DNA of 16,996 nt from Gemmatimonadota bacterium (GTDB taxonomy: Bacteria > Gemmatimonadota > Gemmatimonadetes > Palauibacterales > KS3-K002). Shown piece by piece: positions 1 to 4,713 of the stretch; the first letter of the stretch is position 1, and every line of letters starts with the position of its first letter. A model generated the notes under the pieces. That model saw only the letters and a program-made list of their open reading frames with translations, was not told the DNA's origin and searched no databases. The stretch is taken from NCBI GenBank assembly GCA_020344215.1, contig CP070815.1:2228479-2245474 (forward strand). The letters are read 5' to 3'. The translations under genes and the position numbers were made by a program.

Positions 1-42
1 GAGGTTGACGAAGGACGTGATGCTCTTGAGAACTGTTGCCAT
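1..42 (-). CDS. 5' end (14 codons) of a second tail-fibre-like paralog; the gene runs off the left edge of the window
   Basis: ATG at 42..40 with GAGGG 4 nt upstream, overlapping the TGA (52..50) of the preceding gene. Encodes MATVLKSITSFVNL, 40/42 nt identical to the first 14 codons of the 50..877 gene. Confidence 0.5.
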   Translation of the reverse strand, partial: MATVLKSITSFVNL

Positions 43-49
43 GTTTCCC

Positions 50-877
50 TCAGATGATGTTGGCCCAACCGCCGCCGTTCTCCGAGACTTGCCACTTGTT
101 GGTGCCCTCGTTGTAACGCAGACGACCCTTGCCGGCGGGGGAGACGGCGACAGTGCTGCCGTCGCTCATCTCGATGTAATTGTTGTCCGTGCCCGATCCG
201 CCGCGGATGATCATGTCCTGACCGGCACTTGAAATTTCCTGGTAGGTGAGGCCACCGGCTTCGCTGAGCAACCAGTTGTTGATGTTGATGCCGTTGGTGG
301 TGTTGTTCGAGCTGATGATCGCGCTGCCGTTCTGTGCGGAGTCAACGCGGATGTCCAACTGCGCATTCAAATCGTTGATGTGGAGCATCTGGGCGTAGCC
401 GATCCAGGTGCGCGAGTCGGGCGGACCCGCACCCAGCAGAAGCTGGCCGACGCCGTCGAAGTAGAAGTTGGGGCTTTGTGTGAGCCCGCCCGTCGGAGGC
501 GCCGGCTCGATCGCGTACGGTACCTGTCCATCCACCGCGTCGGTGCCCAGATTCGCCAGAATGGCGTTGAACGGGACGCCCCCACTGGAGGGCACGAACG
601 GCTGCACCGGCAGATCGGTCTGTCCCGGCGGCAGCGCACGGTTCTCGGTGTGCCAACGCTCACAGAGAACGTTGGCTGTCACCGGCGCCAGCCCGTCGTT
701 GCGGACGGTGACGTTGACCGTATCGGCCGACAAGATCACGACGTCGACGTGGTCGTCTTCGACGTGATCGGGCACGACACCGTTGCCGTAGGCGTCGACG
801 AGTCCGTGCGGCAGTGCTGTCGGCACACCGACGGCGAGGTTGACGAAGGACGTGATGCTCTTGAGGACTGTTGCCAC
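50..877 (-). CDS. Tail-fibre / receptor-binding-like structural protein (275 aa); function inferred only from composition and context
   Basis: In-frame GTG at 877..875, 1 nt after the TGA (881..879) of the upstream gene, with GAGG about 9 nt upstream. The upstream 131 codons of the 406-aa track ORF are Arg-rich and overlap the better-coding 879..1388 gene, so they are rejected. The C-terminal half is Gly/Asn/Ser/Thr-rich (NGSAIISSNNTTNGININNW) and visibly lower in GC than the rest of the window. Confidence 0.6.
   Translation of the reverse strand: MATVLKSITSFVNLAVGVPTALPHGLVDAYGNGVVPDHVEDDHVDVVILSADTVNVTVRNDGLAPVTANVLCERWHTENRALPPGQTDLPVQPFVPSSGGVPFNAILANLGTDAVDGQVPYAIEPAPPTGGLTQSPNFYFDGVGQLLLGAGPPDSRTWIGYAQMLHINDLNAQLDIRVDSAQNGSAIISSNNTTNGININNWLLSEAGGLTYQEISSAGQDMIIRGGSGTDNNYIEMSDGSTVAVSPAGKGRLRYNEGTNKWQVSENGGGWANII
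836..877 (-). repeat. 42-nt direct repeat shared with 1..42 (conserved 5' end of two adjacent paralogous genes)
   Basis: gaggttgacgaaggacgtgatgctcttgag[g/a]actgttgcca[c/t]. There are 2 differences: one is synonymous and the other changes GTG to ATG at the start codon. Confidence 0.9.
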
Positions 878-878
878 T

Positions 879-1388
879 TCACATGCCTCGCCGGCCGGGG
901 CCGGTTTCCAGGGGTCCGGGTAGATCGCGAATGCGCTTCGAGATGTCGCGGTGGGCAGGCGGGCGGAACCCGAAGTCCGGTGCATACGTCGAGCGCGCGC
1001 CGCTGCGCCCACGGCGGTAGCGTCCGTAGGTGAACTCCTGGTAGGGCTTGCGCGTCGCGACGCGCACGGGAAGGCCCGGCAGCGCGGCATACTTCGCGCA
1101 CCGCAACACGTAGCCGGGCTTGCACGCCGCGTCGTCGTCTTTCTTGCCACGACCCCGGACGCAGCGATACCGCACGCAGGTCCGCACGTGGCCGTCCAGC
1201 CCGGAGGTCGCGCCGGCCGCCATCCGCTCGGCCTTGCGGATGTAGACCTCGGCGTCGAGGCAGTAGCCATCTTTCGCCAACTGGTGCGCTAACTCTGCCC
1301 ATTTCTTGACGTGTTCGGGCACCTGTTTGCGGAGCGATCGGGTATACTGGCGCATCGCTCGCGGACATGATCTAGTGCTCTGCGGCAT
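879..1388 (-). CDS. Hypothetical basic, Cys-rich protein (169 aa)
   Basis: ATG at 1388 preceded by GGGGGGGAG about 6 nt upstream. GC is high at third codon positions. No family motif recognised. Confidence 0.7.
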   Translation of the reverse strand: MPQSTRSCPRAMRQYTRSLRKQVPEHVKKWAELAHQLAKDGYCLDAEVYIRKAERMAAGATSGLDGHVRTCVRYRCVRGRGKKDDDAACKPGYVLRCAKYAALPGLPVRVATRKPYQEFTYGRYRRGRSGARSTYAPDFGFRPPAHRDISKRIRDLPGPLETGPGRRGM

Positions 1389-1413
1389 CTCAGCTCCCCC
1401 CCGAGATTCGCAT

Positions 1414-1427
1414 GTCGCTTACGCGAC
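1414..1427. promoter_or_regulatory. Palindromic 14-mer GTCGCTTACGCGAC (5-bp arms, TTAC centre) in a divergent intergenic region
   Basis: Exact second copy at 2507..2520, also intergenic. It lies 22 to 25 nt from the start codons of both flanking divergent genes (1388 minus, 1450 plus). Confidence 0.4.
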
Positions 1428-1449
1428 GTCAATCGCGTAGGATACGGCT

Positions 1450-1764
1450 ATGGCCGCGAAGAAACGGAAGAAAAGTCGCTACGTCACCGGCTACGTGATC
1501 ATCAAAAGCTCGCGGACGTACACCGGAGGGCCAGGCTACCAGGGACCGGCGGTGTCGCGGAGCACACCCGAGGTGTTCAAGACGAAGTACGCCGCGCTCC
1601 GCGCCGCCAAGAAAGCGACGGCGAACAACCCGGTCGGGTTCGACGTCTACGAGCACAAAAAGCGAGTCGCCAAGAACTATTACGAGCCGATCGCGGTGTG
1701 CCGAGCCGTGAGCGACAGGCACGTCGAGTGCTACAAAGACGACGCCTACGACACGGACCTTTAG
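1450..1764 (+). CDS. Hypothetical small basic protein (104 aa), plus strand
   Basis: ATG at 1450 with AGGA 7 nt upstream. Third-position GC is high in this frame, whereas the antisense 1429..1791 ORF looks like a shadow frame. N-terminus is MAAKKRKKSRY. Confidence 0.75.
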   Translation: MAAKKRKKSRYVTGYVIIKSSRTYTGGPGYQGPAVSRSTPEVFKTKYAALRAAKKATANNPVGFDVYEHKKRVAKNYYEPIAVCRAVSDRHVECYKDDAYDTDL

Positions 1765-1797
1765 TAGCGCGGCGGCCTGTCGGATCGTCAAGATCAG

Positions 1798-2232
1798 CTA
1801 GTACAGCGACTTCCAGTGCTTCGCGGCGCGGGGCCAGAACATGCGCTCACCGTCGCCTACGCGCTCGTAGATCGCGCAGAACTTCTCGCACTTTCCGGCT
1901 TCTTGGAGCTTGACGAGCCACGCGATCGACTGATCGATGTCGTCGAAGCAGCGAGAGGTGTGGATCCCCGTCGTCGTGAACTCGCCCCACTTCTTCGCCG
2001 TCGTCCGACGGTACTGCCGCTTGGGGCGCGTGTACTTGACGCAGTAGAGAACGTTGGCCGGCAGGCGTCGCTGTACGGCGGCTCGACGTCGGACTGACGG
2101 AGGCGTCTGGAAGCGGGCCTCCCGGCGAGCGAGTCGCTTGGTGAGCGGCGTAATCGGCTTGGGCGTGATCGGGCGAAATGCCTTCGCACGCGCCGCGATC
2201 TGCTTGCGCCTGCGCTTCTTCTTCTTACTCAT
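1798..2232 (-). CDS. Hypothetical protein with a strongly basic N-terminus (144 aa); last gene of the lysis cassette
   Basis: ATG at 2232..2230 overlaps the TGA of the upstream holin-like gene (ATGA). N-terminus is MSKKKKRRRKQ. No lipobox or TM segment seen, so it is not called a spanin. Confidence 0.7.
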   Translation of the reverse strand: MSKKKKRRRKQIAARAKAFRPITPKPITPLTKRLARREARFQTPPSVRRRAAVQRRLPANVLYCVKYTRPKRQYRRTTAKKWGEFTTTGIHTSRCFDDIDQSIAWLVKLQEAGKCEKFCAIYERVGDGERMFWPRAAKHWKSLY

Positions 2233-2468
2233 GCGCGGGCCTCCAGGCGGCGCTGCAAGAACAGGCGACCGACGAACCACGCCGGAATCGCGCCGACCGT
2301 GGCGCCGATGGCCGCACCGGTCAACGGCCGGTCGTGGTAGCGATTGCCCTGGTAGCCGCCGATGGCCGCCCCCAGCAGCGTGATGCCCATGAAGATGGCG
2401 ACGGTGCCCAACACGTCCTCGCGCGTCGCGTCGGCCGGTGCGCCGTACAGGGGCTCTATCGCGAGCAT
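2229..2468 (-). CDS. Holin-like small membrane protein (79 aa, two predicted TM helices)
   Basis: Hydrophobic stretches LGTVAIFMGITLLGAAIGGY and LTGAAIGATVGAIPAWFVGRLF, with a charged C-terminus. It lies immediately downstream of the endolysin. Confidence 0.65.
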   Translation of the reverse strand: MLAIEPLYGAPADATREDVLGTVAIFMGITLLGAAIGGYQGNRYHDRPLTGAAIGATVGAIPAWFVGRLFLQRRLEARA

Positions 2469-2506
2469 GGCCTACGATCGCACGATCTCGACCACCTGCG
2501 CAACCC

Positions 2507-2520
2507 GTCGCTTACGCGAC
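2507..2520. promoter_or_regulatory. Second exact copy of the palindromic 14-mer GTCGCTTACGCGAC
   Basis: Located 2 nt after the endolysin stop codon and 38 nt upstream of the holin-like ATG, in the 54-nt gap between the two genes. Confidence 0.4.
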
Positions 2521-2522
2521 AA

Positions 2523-3320
2523 CTAGACGCCGTTGGCGTGGCCGTCCCGTGCCACCCACTCGAAGTGCATCGCGTCATAGTAGGTGTGGTCGTGACTGAG
2601 GCCGTCTTCGTCCCAGTCCGAGCCCCACGCAAAGCCGCAGGACTGCATGGCGCGCACGAACGGCTCGGGAAGCCCGTCGGGCCAGATCGCCATGTACGCG
2701 GGCGACCACGCCTCGGGACCTTCGCCCTTGGCGAACTTGCGCGAGAAGTTGCGGTGCGGGTCGATGTCGATCGCGATGCCCCACGAGTGCATCGACAGCG
2801 GGTTGCCGCGCCGATGTCGGATCGCGCGCCACACGTAGCCGCCGAGGCGCTCGATCTGGTACTCGGGCGCCGACAACTGCGCGCGACGCAGGCCCTCCCG
2901 GAGATACGGCTCGACCGCCTTGTGGACCTTGACCCACCACTTGCTCGGCACGCCCGGCAGCCGGTTCCCCAGGCGCTCGTGGCACTCCATGATGTTGTCG
3001 CGTGCCCAGGCTTTATCCTGTTCGTACTTGCCGGGGTCGCCGAACATGTCGTAGGTCGTCCGACGGTTCACGGGCTGCTCATCGAGCGGACCATCCCACG
3101 ACTGCCAGCCCCCTTCGGGAACGCCGTCGTCGGTGTAGCTGATGTCGAGCGCGTTGCGCGTGAGCGGACCGAGCATCCCGTCGTCGGCGAGGTCTTCTCG
3201 CCGCGTCTGGTACTCGAACGTCAACGCGGTGATGTGCTCGGCCGTGATCTCCCCGGCGTCGAGTTGCTTCTGGTTGTACGCGATCGCCTTCGCAGCGTCC
3301 TTCGGAGTCATGTCGAACAT
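2523..3320 (-). CDS. Endolysin: N-terminal PG_binding_1-like domain plus peptidase M15 (VanY / D-Ala-D-Ala carboxypeptidase-like) domain
   Basis: DDGMLGPLTRNAL resembles the peptidoglycan-binding motif. SMHSWGIAIDID and DAMHFEW match the zinc-ligand motifs (H-x6-D and a downstream H) of M15 peptidases. The start is ambiguous: ATG at 3320 or 3311, or GTG at 3380. None has a clear Shine-Dalgarno sequence. Confidence 0.85.
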   Translation of the reverse strand: MFDMTPKDAAKAIAYNQKQLDAGEITAEHITALTFEYQTRREDLADDGMLGPLTRNALDISYTDDGVPEGGWQSWDGPLDEQPVNRRTTYDMFGDPGKYEQDKAWARDNIMECHERLGNRLPGVPSKWWVKVHKAVEPYLREGLRRAQLSAPEYQIERLGGYVWRAIRHRRGNPLSMHSWGIAIDIDPHRNFSRKFAKGEGPEAWSPAYMAIWPDGLPEPFVRAMQSCGFAWGSDWDEDGLSHDHTYYDAMHFEWVARDGHANGV

Positions 3321-3684
3321 CTTGACATGTCGCAGCGCCGACGCATACTGGAAGACATGCGACCTAGCTAGTCCCCTCACGCACTACGTCATTGTCCGGG
3401 CTGACCTCCCCATCGGGTTGCAGGCCGCCCAGATTGTCCACGCCGCCGGTGAGAGTGTTGTACGGCGCGTCCCTCGCGGAACCAACGCCGTTGTGCTGGC
3501 GGTGCCGTCGGAGGATGCGTTGCGCGACGTCTCGACCACGCTGACCGACCACCGTGTCGACCACGCGACGATCATCGAGTCGGATCCGCCCTACACGGGC
3601 CAGATGACTGCGATTGGCGTACGCCCCGTGCGTGATCGCTACACCGTCAGGAGGTGCCTTTCGAGCCTACCCCTATTACGATAG
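3310..3684 (+). CDS. Peptidyl-tRNA hydrolase, PTH2 (archaeal/eukaryotic-type) family
   Basis: YVIVRADLPIGLQAAQIVHAA and AVVLAVPSEDAL...TAIGVRP...LSSLPLL align by eye with the PTH2 pattern (VVRTDL..GK.AAQ..HAA ... G.GP ... L.L.). The only canonical in-frame starts before the conserved core are ATG 3310 and TTG 3322, so the start is uncertain. Confidence 0.75.
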   Translation: MSNILTCRSADAYWKTCDLASPLTHYVIVRADLPIGLQAAQIVHAAGESVVRRVPRGTNAVVLAVPSEDALRDVSTTLTDHRVDHATIIESDPPYTGQMTAIGVRPVRDRYTVRRCLSSLPLLR

Positions 3685-3690
3685 CGCTAC

Positions 3691-3777
3691 GGGGCGGTAG
3701 CTCAGTCTGGTAGAGCGCCGGCGAGTTCTTCGGATTCTTGTCGGAGGTCGCGGTCCGTTCAAATCCCGCCCGTCCCA
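3691..3777 (+). tRNA. Non-canonical tRNA-like gene (87 nt): canonical acceptor, D arm, variable loop and T loop, but a 27-nt anticodon arm and a bulged T stem
   Basis: Acceptor GGGGCGG/CCGTCCC (one G-U), then TA, then D arm GCTC-AGTCTGGTA-GAGC. Anticodon arm is CCGGCGAG-TT-CTTCGGA-TT-CTTGTCGG. Variable loop is AGGTC, T arm is GCGG(TCC)G-TTCAAAT-CCCGC, and the discriminator is A. If the loop is CUUCGGA the anticodon would be UCG (Arg). Confidence 0.6.
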
Positions 3778-3781
3778 CCTT

Positions 3782-3855
3782 ACTCGCGTAGCTCAGTGGT
3801 AGAGCGCCCAGCTTTAGGAACTGGGAGGGCGCAGGTTCGATCCCTGCCGCGAGTG
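3782..3855 (+). tRNA. tRNA with a 9-nt anticodon loop CUUUAGGAA; identity undetermined (UAG/Leu-like if C-A stacks, UUA ochre-suppressor-like otherwise)
   Basis: Acceptor ACTCGCG/CGCGAGT is perfect. D arm is GCTC-AGTGGTA-GAGC and the anticodon stem is CCCAG/CTGGG. Variable loop is AGGGC, T arm is GCAGG-TTCGATC-CCTGC, and the discriminator is G. The gene starts 4 nt after the first tRNA-like gene. Confidence 0.75.
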
Positions 3856-4020
3856 CTCCGTCGCATACGCACCGCGAAGTTCGTGCAGGTTGGCGCCAGC
3901 TCGACAGCGCGGACATGTGAGCCACCACCGATCGGCGCGGTGCTCAAATCGATGACTACAGCCGCAAACGACGGCGAGTACGTTGACCTGCGGTGTCCAC
4001 CGCGCACCCGTAATCTGCAC
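3814..4020 (-). CDS. Possible small Zn-ribbon protein (68 aa); its 3' end is antisense to the tRNA at 3782..3855
   Basis: GTG at 4020 with AGGTG 5 nt upstream. It has CGC...CPRC cysteine pairs. Third-position GC is only about 65 percent and the last 14 codons are the tRNA antisense, so this call is weak. Confidence 0.4.
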   Translation of the reverse strand: MQITGARWTPQVNVLAVVCGCSHRFEHRADRWWLTCPRCRAGANLHELRGAYATEHSRQGSNLRPPSS

Positions 4021-4032
4021 TGAACACCTGAA

Positions 4033-4308
4033 CTACTGGGCGTCGACGAGCGTGCAGTTCTCGCACATCTCGAACATGATGACGAGGCGTCCGGTCATCG
4101 CCTGCTCGCCGACGCGTTCGATCGAGTGGATGTTGTTGTCGATCGTGACGCCGCACAGCAGGCACACCCGGTCGTCATCGGTGTTCGTCGCACCGAGCGA
4201 CATCACGCCGTCGCCGCGCTCGTCTACCGAGAGCGTGTCGCCGCGACCGGCGACGACATCACGCAGTTGATCGATTAAGTTGTCGATCAACTGATCTTGT
4301 TCAGTCAT
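4033..4308 (-). CDS. Hypothetical small acidic protein with CxxC...CxxC pairs (91 aa)
   Basis: ATG at 4308 with GGGGACGAG upstream. It overlaps the preceding gene by 8 nt. Cys pairs are CLLCG and CENC. Confidence 0.7.
   Translation of the reverse strand: MTEQDQLIDNLIDQLRDVVAGRGDTLSVDERGDGVMSLGATNTDDDRVCLLCGVTIDNNIHSIERVGEQAMTGRLVIMFEMCENCTLVDAQ
4264..4293. repeat. Perfect 11-bp inverted repeat CAGTTGATCGA-N8-TCGATCAACTG with three GATC sites
   Basis: Read directly from the sequence. The spacer is TTAAGTTG. It lies in codons 6 to 15 of the 4033..4308 gene (peptide QLIDNLIDQL). Confidence 0.9.
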
Positions 4309-4501
4309 GGGCTCGTCCCCGGGCGCGCAACCGTTGCCGGCGCTCGCGTTGATATTGGCGGAAGTACCGCAGATGATCGTAACAGAACTTACGATCCGGC
4401 TCGACCTCACGCCCGCAGCATCGACACAGCCCCTGCGCGAGAAACTGCGCACTCCGTGCGCGGAGGCGCGCCAGGTTTCGATCGTCGCGCCACGTCTTCA
4501 T
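4301..4501 (-). CDS. Hypothetical small basic Zn-ribbon protein (66 aa)
   Basis: ATG at 4501 overlaps the TGA of the DUF1508 gene (ATGA). Motif CRCCG...CYDH. The upstream part of the 159-aa track ORF is Arg/Pro-rich shadow sequence. Confidence 0.7.
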   Translation of the reverse strand: MKTWRDDRNLARLRARSAQFLAQGLCRCCGREVEPDRKFCYDHLRYFRQYQRERRQRLRARGRAHD

Positions 4502-4689
4502 GCAGCACCTCGGCGGACGTCGTAGACGTCGACGCGCGCGTCGACGGACGCCTTGACCCGGTCGATGCGCGCCATCGCGTCGATTCTGCGACGGTACGCC
4601 TCGGCGGACACAGCTACGACCTCCCCGCCGGGCAGGCGAAGCCGCCAACGCCACTGCCGGTTGTGATCTCGGTAGACTTCGTAACGCAT
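4498..4689 (-). CDS. DUF1508 (YegP-like) domain protein (63 aa)
   Basis: YEVYRDHNRQWRWRLRLPGGEVVAVSAEAYRRRIDAMARIDRVK matches the recalled YegP repeat pattern (F/YE.Y.D..G.WRWRL.A.NGE..A.SE.Y......A...I..VK). Confidence 0.8.
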   Translation of the reverse strand: MRYEVYRDHNRQWRWRLRLPGGEVVAVSAEAYRRRIDAMARIDRVKASVDARVDVYDVRRGAA

Positions 4690-4713
4690 GATCGGTATAG
4701 TACCCCGGTCGGG

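Noticed and set aside
1-877. The tail-fibre repeat as a diversity-generating retroelement (template and variable repeat pair).
   Set aside because: The repeat covers the conserved N-terminus rather than a variable C-terminal region. It differs at only 2 positions with no adenine-specific pattern, and no reverse transcriptase is present.
878-1270. N-terminal 131 codons of the 406-aa track ORF for the tail-fibre-like gene.
   Set aside because: It overlaps the better-coding 879..1388 gene and is Arg/Pro/Ala-rich. The conserved 14-codon N-terminus shared with the next paralog begins exactly at GTG 877.
3322-3349. Sigma-70-like promoter TTGACA-N16-CATACT on the plus strand.
   Set aside because: If PTH2 starts at ATG 3310 or TTG 3322, this lies within coding sequence, and no canonical start codon follows it in frame. 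It is mentioned only as a contingency in the start-site finding.
2178-3371. Long plus-strand ORF (397 aa). Similar long ORFs occur at 7797..8795 (+), 8886..10070 (+), 10470..11342 (+) and 15116..16144 (+).
   Set aside because: All are antisense to minus-strand genes that have clear family motifs. Their translations are Arg/Ala/Gly/Val-rich and low in complexity with no motifs. Long antisense shadow ORFs are expected in high-GC DNA.
3782-3855. Genome-wide stop-codon recoding driven by a UUA (ochre suppressor) tRNA.
   Set aside because: Genes in this window end with TGA, TAG and TAA at sensible lengths and with coupled downstream starts. There is no sign of in-frame TAA readthrough. The suppressor reading is kept only as an alternative in the finding.
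3691-3855. The tRNA genes as a prophage attachment site or integration junction.
   Set aside because: No integrase, excisionase or flanking direct repeat of a tRNA 3' end is visible. Phage genes continue on both sides.
3647-3928. Minus-strand ORF of 93 aa, plus ORFs 3780..4007 (-) and 3796..4023 (+), across the tRNA region.
   Set aside because: They are antisense to, or overlap, the two tRNA-like genes and have no coding signature.
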